DNA of 60,954 nt from Thermoplasmata archaeon (GTDB taxonomy: Archaea > Thermoplasmatota > Thermoplasmata > Lutacidiplasmatales > UBA184), in assembly GCA_030040035.1 (NCBI GenBank), contig JASHUJ010000075.1, positions 1 through 60,954 on the forward strand, in the 5' to 3' direction. Numbering within the stretch: position 1 is the first letter of the stretch; every line of letters begins with the position of its first letter. Under the pieces are notes generated by a model. It was not told the DNA's origin. It worked only from the letters and a program-made list of their open reading frames with translations, and made no database searches. Both the position numbers and the translations under genes were made by a program. Shown in pieces: positions 9,525 through 18,373 of the stretch.

Positions 9525-10469
9525 TTGGCGGCATCCCCCCCCGGTCCACGTCGGTCCCTCGCGAGCGCGCTGCCGGATCACCCGCTGTTCTTCGAGCCCG
9601 TCCCGCCGGGGATGCGGGTCGTCCCCTCGGCGGTCGCTGCGCGCATCGACGCGCTCGCCTCGCTCGTACAGTCGGTCCCCCGCACGGACGCCACGGTCGT
9701 CCCCGAACTTGTCGACGAGAACCACGAGGGTCGGCCGCGCTACCGCTCGGGCGACCTTCGGCAGTTCGCGGGCGAGCTTGCCGCGCGTTCCGGGCGCGAG
9801 ACGATCCTCAACAAGGCGGTGGCGTACGTCGGCTCCGAGGCCGAGCTCGAGCAGTGGGCGCGGGAGACCGTCGCTCACGGAGTCCGCAACGCCGTCCTGG
9901 TCGGCGGGGCGAGCCGGTACATCCCGTACTCCGGCCCACCGGTCACGACCGCCGACCAGCTCCTCCGGCCGATCTTCCGAGCGGCCCAGGGCGTGATCGG
10001 GAACATCGCGATCCCCCAACGAGCGGGAGAGGCGCACCGGATGCTCTCGAAGACGCGGGCCGGCGCGTCGTTCTTCACGACGCAGATCCTGTTCGATGCG
10101 CACCAAGTGATCCCGGTCCTGCGGGACTACGACCTCCTGTGCCGCCAGGCGGCAACCCCCCCGGCGCCGGTCGTCGTGAGCTTCGCGCCGATCGCGGACG
10201 AGATGGACCTCGAATTCGTCCAGTGGCTCGGCGCGGACCTCTCGGACTCGGCCGAGGTCGCGATCCTGGACGGTCCCGAGGCGGAGACCGCGCAGCGGAG
10301 CGAGGCCCGGGCGTTCGAAGTCTGGGACGAGCTCGTGGCCGCCGTTCGCCGAGAAGAACTCTCGGTCCCTCTCGGCGTCAACGTCGAGCAGATATCTCCC
10401 CGGCACCTGGAGCCGGCGGGCCGGCTCCTCCGGCGGTTTGCCGAGCGACCGCCCTTTACCGGGACGTAG
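9525..10469 (+). CDS. methylenetetrahydrofolate reductase-like (MetF-fold) protein
   Basis: GASFFTTQILFD...PVVVSFAPI resembles the MTHFR TIM-barrel C-terminal half. The start codon is uncertain (TTG at 9525). Confidence 0.45.
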   Translation: MAASPPGPRRSLASALPDHPLFFEPVPPGMRVVPSAVAARIDALASLVQSVPRTDATVVPELVDENHEGRPRYRSGDLRQFAGELAARSGRETILNKAVAYVGSEAELEQWARETVAHGVRNAVLVGGASRYIPYSGPPVTTADQLLRPIFRAAQGVIGNIAIPQRAGEAHRMLSKTRAGASFFTTQILFDAHQVIPVLRDYDLLCRQAATPPAPVVVSFAPIADEMDLEFVQWLGADLSDSAEVAILDGPEAETAQRSEARAFEVWDELVAAVRREELSVPLGVNVEQISPRHLEPAGRLLRRFAERPPFTGT

Positions 10470-11592
10470 CCCGACCGCGACGCGCCCCGGGCACCGTCCG
10501 ACCGTCGATCCAGGCCCGCGCGCCATCGAGCTCGACCTCGGCTCCGGCGAGCGGACTCGAGAACCAGAATGAGCGGCCGGGCCGTCCGGGGCGGCGTCGC
10601 CCGTCGCCCAGCCCAAGGGAGATGGTGCGGGCGTCGATCGCCTCGAGCTCGGGAGCCCAACCGATCGCCGGGTTCAGCCCGAACGTGAGCACCCCGGGCC
10701 GGTCTCGGCCGGGCCCCGCGCGGTCGTACTGCGCCGCGAACGTCGCGCCACCGAGATCGAAGGAATAGTCCGTGAGTTGGCCCCGGTGGAAGGTCCACCG
10801 CGCCCCCGCCGTGGTCGGGGGTTCGAGAAAGCGTCGGTAGGTCCGTCGGTTCGACTCCCACGTACCCTCGGCGGTACCCGCGCGCAAGGGGAGCGCGACG
10901 GTACCGGAAGGGATCGAAGTACCGAGGCGAGCGGCGCGAGGGTCGGCCGGCCCGACCCTGCCGTCGTCGATCGCGATACCTCGGGGATCGATTTCGGCGA
11001 AGAAGTCCGTCCCGTTCGGATGTCGGACCCGCACCGTACGAGCCCGCGCGAGCCGACGCGCGAGCCGGATTCCCTTTCGATGCAGCTGACCCGGCGAGTA
11101 GAGGCTTGCCCGCCAGACCTGTCGCTGCCAGGCCTCGGGATCGACCCCGAAGTGCGCAGCGGCCGTGTCCGTCGTCATCGCGATGGCGAGCCGGGCCACG
11201 CGGACCCCGTGACGCTGTGCGGCGAGCCACCACGAGGGACCGTGACGGGCGACGGTCGTGTCCCGGTCCCGCTCGCGGAGTCCGTAGAGGCGAGGGAACG
11301 CCTCGGGGCCGGGCAGATAGACGTACACGTCGCTCCCCACGAGAAGCGCGGGGGACGAACGCGGCACGAAGCGGTTCCGGGGAAGCCGGAGTGAGCGGAA
11401 GAACGTCTCTTCCTCTTCGAGGACGAGGACGGGTTCGGCCCCCCGGCGGCGGGCCTCGTGGACCAGGGCGAGGGCCCACGGCAGCGCGTGGCCCCAGGTC
11501 TCGATGGTGACGAGCTCCCCGCGGCGCACCCCGAGAGCGGGGCCGAGGACGGACCGCGCGAGGAGCTCCTCCGCGTGCGCTGGGAGCGGCAT
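10456..11592 (-). CDS. aminopeptidase, peptidase M29 (AmpS/aminopeptidase T-like)
   Basis: ATG at 11592. MPLPAHAEELLARSVLGPALGVRRGELVTIETWGHALPWALALVHEARRRGAEPV is the typical M29 N-terminus. It is the 3' part of track ORF 10456..11904. Confidence 0.75.
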   Translation of the reverse strand: MPLPAHAEELLARSVLGPALGVRRGELVTIETWGHALPWALALVHEARRRGAEPVLVLEEEETFFRSLRLPRNRFVPRSSPALLVGSDVYVYLPGPEAFPRLYGLRERDRDTTVARHGPSWWLAAQRHGVRVARLAIAMTTDTAAAHFGVDPEAWQRQVWRASLYSPGQLHRKGIRLARRLARARTVRVRHPNGTDFFAEIDPRGIAIDDGRVGPADPRAARLGTSIPSGTVALPLRAGTAEGTWESNRRTYRRFLEPPTTAGARWTFHRGQLTDYSFDLGGATFAAQYDRAGPGRDRPGVLTFGLNPAIGWAPELEAIDARTISLGLGDGRRRPGRPGRSFWFSSPLAGAEVELDGARAWIDGRTVPGARRGRATSR

Positions 11593-11595
11593 CTT

Positions 11596-11960
11596 ACTTC
11601 GGGATTCCGAGGCGCGAACCGGACGAGCGTGGGTAGGAAAGTCCGGTCGTGCGGTCGGGAATTCGCCGGGGAACCCTCGGCCCCGTCCCGCCCGAGATCC
11701 TCCCGAGGGACTGCTGGGATTGAGGAGCGAAACCGAACTCGTGGGTCCGACCGCCGAGGATCCAACGGTCGGCGCAGGTCGCCTCCGGGCACGAGTCGAT
11801 TGAGGTGGGGACCAGAACACCCGATCGAAGATCCGTCGCGGTGGAGGAACGAAGGGCGCGCGCGGTCGAAAGGCGGTCGGGGAGCTCGAAAAGCCGCGGT
11901 CCAAGCGGATCCCCGGTGCGGCCGGCCCCCCCCAACCCGCTGGCTGGAGTCCCGCGCCGC
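11596..11960 (+). ncRNA. rnpB: candidate RNase P RNA (archaeal type A-like)
   Basis: It lies in a ~550-nt gap with no credible ORF.
- Exact CR-I core AGGAAAGUCCGG at 11635-11646.
- P4-like pairing of AGUCCGGU (11640-11647, U11642 bulged as in known P4) with GCUGGCU (11939-11945).
- This is followed immediately by an 8-bp P1-like helix, GGGAUUCC (11601-11608) with GGAGUCCC (11946-11953).
- GGAGCGAAACCGAACUCGUGGG (about 11722-11743) resembles the CR-III GAGCAA..CCAAAU..GGGG region.
The ends are approximate. Confidence 0.5.
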
Positions 11961-12143
11961 GCCACGTTCTCCGTCACGTGGGTGAGCAGAAGGAGTTTGT
12001 CAGTTGGGGTGGATCGGGGCACCGGTGGCGAGGACCCCGACGCACCCCTAGCCCCACCGGCCGAAGCCGTCGTTTCCCCGTCGGCGAGGCATGCTTCCCT
12101 CGTCCCGGCGGATGCCCGATCACGCCGCGCCTCTGGGACGCGG

Positions 12144-12785
12144 TCAGCGGACGGCCGTACTGAGCACGCTGGTCGCCGCGCTGAGGTCCGAATCGTCCAA
12201 GAGGAAGATCGTATCCGTGTAGCAGGAAAGCGCTTCGACGATGTTGATCCCCTGGGCGGCGAGCACGCCCGCGAGATGTCGCAGGAGGCCGGGGGTCTCC
12301 TCGATGCTTTCCGGGCTGGTGACCGCGACCTCGATGAGGTTCTTCCGCACCGAGATCAGCTGGCTCTCGCGCAGCGGCCGCGTGACCCGGGGAACGGAAT
12401 CCTCGTCGACGATGATCACCGTCCCGCGGGAGACCTGGATCAACCGGCAAAGGGAGTTCTCGTCCAACAGCTCCTCGACCACATCCCCGAGCCGCTGAAG
12501 CACATCGACGCTCTGCACCACCGTGATCGCGGCGACCTTCGTCCGGGTCTCGATCCGACTCTTGCGGAGCACCCGACGGATGCCGGTCTCTCGGAACGAC
12601 TCCGTCCCCCGGGGATACCGGCGGCAGGCGGCGAGGACCGCTTCGCCACCGGAGAGACCGAGGTCCTCGGACACGCGTCGTGCGATCGCCGAATAGTTCG
12701 CGATGCGCAGACGGATCGCGTCCGCGAGGACCGGATGGGTATCGAGGTAGGCGCGCACCTGTTCGGCGACAGAGGGCCTCGACAT
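12144..12785 (-). CDS. HTH + ACT-domain protein (probable amino-acid-responsive regulator)
   Basis: The N-terminus is helix-turn-helix-like (NYSAIARRVSEDLGLSGGEAVLAACRR). The C-terminus ETPGLLRHLAGVLAAQGINIVEALSCYTDTIFLLDDSDLSAATSVL is ACT_7-like. It is divergent from argG. Confidence 0.65.
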   Translation of the reverse strand: MSRPSVAEQVRAYLDTHPVLADAIRLRIANYSAIARRVSEDLGLSGGEAVLAACRRYPRGTESFRETGIRRVLRKSRIETRTKVAAITVVQSVDVLQRLGDVVEELLDENSLCRLIQVSRGTVIIVDEDSVPRVTRPLRESQLISVRKNLIEVAVTSPESIEETPGLLRHLAGVLAAQGINIVEALSCYTDTIFLLDDSDLSAATSVLSTAVR

Positions 12786-12793
12786 GCTTGTCT

Positions 12794-12845
12794 GATTTTG
12801 GACAAATCCGCCCGATTTTGTCCGACAGTCGTCGTATCCTATAAA
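12794..12845 (+). promoter_or_regulatory. divergent promoter/operator region between ACT regulator and argG
   Basis: One of the few AT-rich patches.
- Direct repeat GATTTTG at 12794-12800 and 12814-12820.
- Inverted repeat GGACAAA (12800-12806) / TTTGTCC (12817-12823).
- TATAAA box at 12840-12845, 38 nt upstream of the argG GTG. Confidence 0.5.
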
Positions 12846-12882
12846 GCGGAGCTCCCCCGTCGCATTCCCGACCCGAGGCTCC

Positions 12883-14118
12883 GTGACACCTTCGAAGATC
12901 GTGCTCGCCTACTCCGGCGGCCTCGACACGTCCGTCGCGATCCCTTGGCTGCAGGAGCATCGGAACGCCGACGTGGTGGCCGTCACGGTCGACGTGGGCC
13001 AACCGGTCGACCTCGAGGCGGTCCGTCGGAAGGCGATCTCCTCGGGCGCGGTCAACGCCTTCGTCCTCGACGCACGACAGGAGTTCGCGGAGGAGTTCAT
13101 CGGCCCGGCGCTGCGGGCCAACGCCCTGTACGAGGGCGTCTACCCTCTGAGCACGGCCCTCGCCCGACCGCTGATCGCGCGCCACCTCGTGGAGGTCGCT
13201 CAGCGCGAGCACGCCCAGTACGTCGCGCACGGATGCACGGGGAAGGGCAACGATCAGGTCCGCTTTGACCTCTCGACGACCAGTCTCGCCCCCGAGCTCG
13301 AGGTCGTCGCGCCCGCCCGGGAATGGGGGATGTCCCGGGAGGAAGAGATCGCGTTCGCCGAGGCGCACGGGATTCCGGTACCCGCGACGCGCCAATCGCC
13401 GTACAGCACGGACGAGAACCTCTGGGGTCGCTCGGTCGAGTGCGGGATCCTCGAAGATCCAGCGGTCGAACCCCCGGAAGAGGCGTTCGGATGGACCACG
13501 GCACCGGCCCAGGCGCCGAACGATCCCGGCTACGCGAACATTCGCTTCGATCATGGCGTGCCCGTCGCCCTCAACGGGCGCCCGAGCCCGTTCCATTCCC
13601 TGATCGTCGATCTCAATCAGCTCGCGGGCGCCCACGGGGTGGGAAGGATCGATCACCTCGAATCCCGAGTGGTCGGGATCAAGTCCCGTGAGGTGTACGA
13701 ATGCCCCGCGGCCACGGTTCTGATCGCGGCGCATCAAGCGCTCGAAGCGCTCGTTCTCCCCCGCGACTTGCTCGACTTCAAACGGGCCGTCGAGCAGCGG
13801 TACGCCCAGCTGGTCTACGACGGTCTCTGGTTCACTCCGCTCAAGGGGGCGCTCGATGCCTTCGTCTCCGCGACGCAGGACCGCGTGTCCGGCGAGGTCG
13901 CGGTGAAGCTGTTCAAAGGCTCGGCTCGCGTGACGGGGCGCCGCTCCCCCCACGCGCTTTACCAGAGCGGGCTCGCGACGTACTCGAGCGGCGACCGGTA
14001 TCGTCAGCAGATGGCGGAGGGGTTCATCTACGTCTGGGGGCTCCCCGCGCGAACTTGGGCGGCGGTCGGGGCGACGTCCCGCCCTCCGCTCGCCCCCACG
14101 GCGAAGTCCCACCCGTAG
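12883..14118 (+). CDS. argG: argininosuccinate synthase
   Basis: IVLAYSGGLDTSVAIPWL, HGCTGKGNDQVRF, ENLWGRS, full length. Confidence 0.95.
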   Translation: MTPSKIVLAYSGGLDTSVAIPWLQEHRNADVVAVTVDVGQPVDLEAVRRKAISSGAVNAFVLDARQEFAEEFIGPALRANALYEGVYPLSTALARPLIARHLVEVAQREHAQYVAHGCTGKGNDQVRFDLSTTSLAPELEVVAPAREWGMSREEEIAFAEAHGIPVPATRQSPYSTDENLWGRSVECGILEDPAVEPPEEAFGWTTAPAQAPNDPGYANIRFDHGVPVALNGRPSPFHSLIVDLNQLAGAHGVGRIDHLESRVVGIKSREVYECPAATVLIAAHQALEALVLPRDLLDFKRAVEQRYAQLVYDGLWFTPLKGALDAFVSATQDRVSGEVAVKLFKGSARVTGRRSPHALYQSGLATYSSGDRYRQQMAEGFIYVWGLPARTWAAVGATSRPPLAPTAKSHP

Positions 14119-14136
14119 GGACCGCCTCTTCGATCC

Positions 14137-15546
14137 ATGTCGAACTCATCCCCACCTCCCTCGTACGTTCGCTCGCCGGGCGTTCCGTTCCTCTGCTCGC
14201 TGCCCGTGGATCGAGCGCTGGCGCGGTTCGACCTCGCGGGGAGCATCGTCCACGTGGAGATGCTGGAACGGGTCGGGCTACTGGCCGGGGATGAGGCCCG
14301 CGCCCTCCGGGACGGCCTGCGCGCGATCGGACGCGAGATCGAGGTCGGAACCTTCCCGTGGCGGGAAGCGCTCGAGGACGTGCACACGAACGTCGAATCA
14401 CGTCTAACGGAGATCGTGGGGCCGCTCGGAGGGAAGCTCCATACCGGGCGGAGCCGGAACGACCAGGTGGCGCTCGATGAGCGCCTCTTCCTTCGGGAGC
14501 TCGTCCGCGATGTCGCTCGGCGCATCGTCGACCTGAGCTCCTCGCTGATCCGGCGGGCCGGCGAAGACGCTGCGACCCCGATGCCGGGGTACACCCATCT
14601 GCAGCGGGCTCAACCCGTCACCCTCGGACACTGGTTCCTGGCCCAGTACTGGAGGTTCGATCGCGACGTCGACCGGCTCCTCGCGACCGAGCACCGGGCG
14701 AACGTCTCCCCCCTCGGGGCCGGTGCCCTCGCCGGCTCGACCTTGCCGCTCGACCCCCAGTACGTCGCCGAGCGCCTCGGCTTCACGCGAGCGTTCGAGA
14801 ACTCGATCGACGCGGTGAGCGACCGCGACTACTTCGCGGAGGTGCTCTTCGATCTCGCCCTCGTCGCGGTGCACGCGAGCTCGCTCGCAGAGGAGATCGT
14901 CCTGTTCGCGACAAAGGAGTTCGGATTCGTTCTGCGAACTCCCGCGCTCGGCTCCGGTAGTAGTTTGATGCCCCAGAAGCGGAACCCGGACGTCCCGGAG
15001 CTCGTTCGCGGGAAGGCCGGTCGCGTGATCGGCGACCTCGTCGCTCTGCTCACGACGCTGAAGGGCCTGCCGCTCGCGTACGACCGCGATCTTCAGGAGG
15101 ACAAAGCTCCGGTCCTTGACGCGCACGCTACCGTGCTCGGGGCGCTCGGCGCGCTCGCCGAACTGGTGCCGCGACTCGAGTTCGACCACGAGCGACTCCG
15201 ATCGGCGGCTTCGGATCCCGAGCTGTACGCGACGGATCTCGCGGAGGCGATGGTCGGTCGGGGGATTCCGTTCCGAGCGGCCCACGAATCGGTCGGCGCG
15301 TCCTACCGCGAGGCTTCGCGATCGGCGGGTCCGACGAGTCCCGTCGGTCCCACCGAAGCGGTCGCCTCCGTGGACCCCGCCGCCGCGATCGACCGTCGGG
15401 GCGTGTCGGGCGGACCCGGCGCGGCGCCGTTCGCGGAACAGCTCGGCCTCGCTGCGCGGCGACTCGCTGCGCGCCGCGAATCCCTCTCCTCGCTCGATCG
15501 ACAGATCGCGCGGATCGAGGAGCTATTGAAGGAGGAACGGAAATGA
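14137..15546 (+). CDS. argH: argininosuccinate lyase
   Basis: HTGRSRNDQVALD, GYTHLQRAQPVTLGHW, GSSLMPQKRNPDVPELVRGK signature. Confidence 0.95.
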   Translation: MSNSSPPPSYVRSPGVPFLCSLPVDRALARFDLAGSIVHVEMLERVGLLAGDEARALRDGLRAIGREIEVGTFPWREALEDVHTNVESRLTEIVGPLGGKLHTGRSRNDQVALDERLFLRELVRDVARRIVDLSSSLIRRAGEDAATPMPGYTHLQRAQPVTLGHWFLAQYWRFDRDVDRLLATEHRANVSPLGAGALAGSTLPLDPQYVAERLGFTRAFENSIDAVSDRDYFAEVLFDLALVAVHASSLAEEIVLFATKEFGFVLRTPALGSGSSLMPQKRNPDVPELVRGKAGRVIGDLVALLTTLKGLPLAYDRDLQEDKAPVLDAHATVLGALGALAELVPRLEFDHERLRSAASDPELYATDLAEAMVGRGIPFRAAHESVGASYREASRSAGPTSPVGPTEAVASVDPAAAIDRRGVSGGPGAAPFAEQLGLAARRLAARRESLSSLDRQIARIEELLKEERK

Positions 15547-15704
15547 CGCAGTGTCCCGAGTGCGACGCGACCGTGGAGAACCCGACGATGATCGTGGGCG
15601 AGGTCTTCCCCTGCCCCGACTGCGGGACCGAGCTCGAGGTCAGTGGGCTCGAGCCGTTCGCCGTCGTCCTCGCTCCCCAGGAAGCCGAGGACTGGGGTGA
15701 GTGA
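15543..15704 (+). CDS. lysW: LysW/ArgW alpha-aminoadipate/glutamate carrier protein (53 aa, absent from the ORF track)
   Basis: ATGA overlap with the argH stop. MTQCPECDATVENPTMIVGEVFPCPDCGTELEVSGLEPFAVVLAPQEAEDWGE has a CxxC...CxxC zinc ribbon and the diagnostic acidic C-terminal EDWGE tail. Confidence 0.85.
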   Translation: MTQCPECDATVENPTMIVGEVFPCPDCGTELEVSGLEPFAVVLAPQEAEDWGE

Positions 15705-16548
15705 CGGGTTCCGGCTCGGGGTCTACTGCACGATCGTCCGTCCCGAGGAGAAACGCATCCTCGCGGCCGCGGACGCCCGCGGAGTCGAGGTCGACCGCTG
15801 GGACGACGCGGCCGTAACGTTCGGTCTCGAGCGACCGTCGGCCCTCCCATCGGTGGTGCTGATCCGCTCGGTGAGCCACACGAGCGCCCTGTACGCCGCC
15901 TGGGGCTTCGAGCACTACGGGACGCCGACGATCAGTACCGCGGAGGTCCTCGCGCTCGCGGGCGACAAAGTCCGCACGTCGTTCCGGCTGGCCGAAGCCG
16001 GCGTCCCGACGCCCCGGACCGTGGTCGCCTTCTCCCCCGATTCCGCCCTCCGAGCCATCGAGGCGGTCGGGTACCCGGCCGTGCTCAAGCCGGCCGTCGG
16101 CTCGTGGGGTCGGTTGATGGCGAAGGTCGGGGATGCCGAGCAGGCGGTCCAGATCCTCGAGCACAAGAGCGCCCTTCCCGGTCCGCTCCACTCCGTGTTC
16201 TACGTCCAGGAGTACGTTCCGAAGCCCGAGCGAGACCTCCGAACCCTCGTGATCGGTGACTCGGTGGTCGGCGCGATGTACCGCCGGTCGAGCGAGTGGC
16301 GGACGAATGCGGCCCGGGGGGGTTCCGTGGAAGCCGCCCCCCTGACCGAGGAGCTGGTCGAGCTCTCGCTGCGGGCAGCGCAGGCCGTGGGCGGCGGCGT
16401 ACTCGCGGTCGACCTCATGGAGTCTCCGCGCGGGCTCGTCGTCCACGAGGTCAATCCGACCCCGGAGTTCAAGGCCCTCGCCGGGGCCACCGGGATCGAC
16501 ATCGCCGCGCAGATCGTGGATTACGCGATCGAGGTGGGCCGACGGTGA
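15697..16548 (+). CDS. lysX: RimK-type ATP-grasp ligase LysX/ArgX
   Basis: GTG at 15697 overlaps lysW by 8 nt. LGVYCTIVRPEEKRILAAADARGVEV...GYPAVLKPAVGSWGR...VDLMESPRGLVVHEVNPTPEF. Confidence 0.9.
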   Translation: MSDGFRLGVYCTIVRPEEKRILAAADARGVEVDRWDDAAVTFGLERPSALPSVVLIRSVSHTSALYAAWGFEHYGTPTISTAEVLALAGDKVRTSFRLAEAGVPTPRTVVAFSPDSALRAIEAVGYPAVLKPAVGSWGRLMAKVGDAEQAVQILEHKSALPGPLHSVFYVQEYVPKPERDLRTLVIGDSVVGAMYRRSSEWRTNAARGGSVEAAPLTEELVELSLRAAQAVGGGVLAVDLMESPRGLVVHEVNPTPEFKALAGATGIDIAAQIVDYAIEVGRR

Positions 16549-17570
16549 ACGTCGCGGTGGTCGGCGGATCGGGGTACGTCGGGGGCGAGCTCCTCCGGTT
16601 GCTCCTCCACCATCCGGACGTCGAGCTCGCGCAGGTGACCTCCGTCCACTGGGCGGGGAAACCGATCGCGCGCGCGCACCCGAATCTGCGGGGGGCCTCG
16701 TCGCTCCGGTTCGTGTCCCCGGCGGACCTGCGTCCGGCGGAGGCCCTGTTCGTCGCGACGCCGCACGGGGAGGCGATGGCGCGCATGCCCGAGTGGCTCG
16801 CGAGCAGCGGGTTCGTGATCGACCTCACCGCGGACCACCGCCTGCACGACGCCGCGGCGTACCCCCGGTACTACCGGGCCGACCATCCGCATCCCGAGCT
16901 CCTCACGCAGGCGGTCCCGGGACTTCCGGAGTTCTACCGGAACGAGCTCCGCGCGGCCCGGTTGATCGCCGTCCCGGGCTGCATCGCGACCGCCTCGATC
17001 CTCGCGCTCCGGCCCCTTGTCGGGCTGACCGGGGTTCCGGATCGCCCGGTCGTGATCGACGCGAAGAGCGGGTCGTCCGCGAGCGGACGGGAGTCCGGGC
17101 CGGCCGGCGCCCATGCGGAGCGCTCGGGCGTCATGCGGGCCTACGCTCCCGCCGGCCACCGGCACACCGCCGAAATCGAGCAGGAGACCGGGCTCACGGT
17201 CGCGCTGTCCGCCCACGCGGTCGAGGCGGTCCGGGGAGTCCTCGCGACCTGCCACGTCTTCCTCTCCCGCCCGGTCGAGGAGAAGGAACTCTGGCGAACC
17301 TACCGGGCCGCGTACGGCTCCGAGCCGTTCGTCCGGATCGTCCACGATTCGGACGGCCTCTACCGCGAGCCGGAGCCCAAGATCCTGGCCGGGTCCAACT
17401 ACTGCGACGTCGGCTTTGCCGTCGACGCGCACGCGCAGCGTCTCGTCGCGATCGCCGCGCTCGACAACCTCGGGAAGGGGGCCGCCGGGAACGCCGTGCA
17501 GTGCTTCAACGTCCGGGCGGGGCGACCGGAGACGACCGCACTCGACTTCCCGGGCCTCCACCCGATCTAG
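16545..17570 (+). CDS. lysY: N-acetyl-gamma-glutamyl-phosphate/LysW-aminoadipyl-phosphate reductase
   Basis: GTGA overlap with lysX. VNVAVVGGSGYVGGELLRLL, PGCIATASILALRP (active-site Cys). Confidence 0.9.
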   Translation: MNVAVVGGSGYVGGELLRLLLHHPDVELAQVTSVHWAGKPIARAHPNLRGASSLRFVSPADLRPAEALFVATPHGEAMARMPEWLASSGFVIDLTADHRLHDAAAYPRYYRADHPHPELLTQAVPGLPEFYRNELRAARLIAVPGCIATASILALRPLVGLTGVPDRPVVIDAKSGSSASGRESGPAGAHAERSGVMRAYAPAGHRHTAEIEQETGLTVALSAHAVEAVRGVLATCHVFLSRPVEEKELWRTYRAAYGSEPFVRIVHDSDGLYREPEPKILAGSNYCDVGFAVDAHAQRLVAIAALDNLGKGAAGNAVQCFNVRAGRPETTALDFPGLHPI

Positions 17571-17578
17571 CCGCGGAC

Positions 17579-18373
17579 ATGACGCTCGTCGTGAAGATCG
17601 GTGGGGCCGCCGGGAACGAGGTGGACCCCGTCCTCCCCGACCTGGCGGACCGCGCCGGGACGGTCCTCGTCCACGGAGGTTCCTCCGAGATCGACCGCCT
17701 GGGAGCCGCGCTGGGTCGGCCGTCCGAATACTACACCTCCCCGAGCGGGGTCGTGTCGCGTCGCAGCGACTCCGCCCATCTCGAGGTGGTGGTCCTCGCG
17801 CTCGCGGGAAAGGTCCAGACCGACCTCGTCGCTCGATGCGCGGCGCAGGGCATTCGAGCGGTCGGTCTCTCGGGCGTCGACGGGACGGTGATCCGCGCCC
17901 GGCGGAAAGAGGGCGCGCGGGCGGTCGTCGACGGTCGCGTCCTGCGAGTTCCCGACGACCGCTCGGGCACGATCGAGCGGGTCGACACCGATCTATTGCA
18001 CCTCCTCCTGGGCGCCGGGATCCTCCCGATCCTGGGGCCCCCCGCCGTCACCGCCACCGGCGAGATCGTCAATGTCGACGCGGATCGCGTGGCGGCCCAC
18101 GTGGCGATCGCCCTCGCCGCCGAGCGGCTCGTGTTCCTCACGAACGTTGCCGGGCTCCTCCGCGCGCCGACCGACCCGGGGTCCCTGATCCACCGGGTGC
18201 GGCGGACAGAACTCGCCTCGGTCCTCCCGTACGCGCTCGGTCGGATGCGCAAGAAGCTCGCGGCGACGCAGAGTGCGCTCGACGGCGGAGTCCGCGAGGT
18301 CATCATCGCCTCGTCCGCGGGACCGCTTCCGATCGAACGGGCGATCCGCGGGGAGGGCACGGTCTTCGCATGA
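17579..18373 (+). CDS. lysZ: acetylglutamate/LysW-aminoadipate kinase
   Basis: MTLVVKIGGAAGNEV...VLVHGGSSEI...NVDADRVAAHVAIAL, amino-acid kinase fold. Confidence 0.85.
   Translation: MTLVVKIGGAAGNEVDPVLPDLADRAGTVLVHGGSSEIDRLGAALGRPSEYYTSPSGVVSRRSDSAHLEVVVLALAGKVQTDLVARCAAQGIRAVGLSGVDGTVIRARRKEGARAVVDGRVLRVPDDRSGTIERVDTDLLHLLLGAGILPILGPPAVTATGEIVNVDADRVAAHVAIALAAERLVFLTNVAGLLRAPTDPGSLIHRVRRTELASVLPYALGRMRKKLAATQSALDGGVREVIIASSAGPLPIERAIRGEGTVFA

Noticed and set aside
11797-11829. Alternative register for the RNase P 3' conserved regions: GUCGAUUGAGG as CR-IV and ACCAGAACACCCG as CR-V/J2-4.
   Set aside because: The sequence following it (ACCCGAUCG) cannot pair with the AAGUCCGGU 5' strand to form P4. 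The 11939-11953 register gives both P4 and P1 helices. It is kept only as a caveat on the RNA call.
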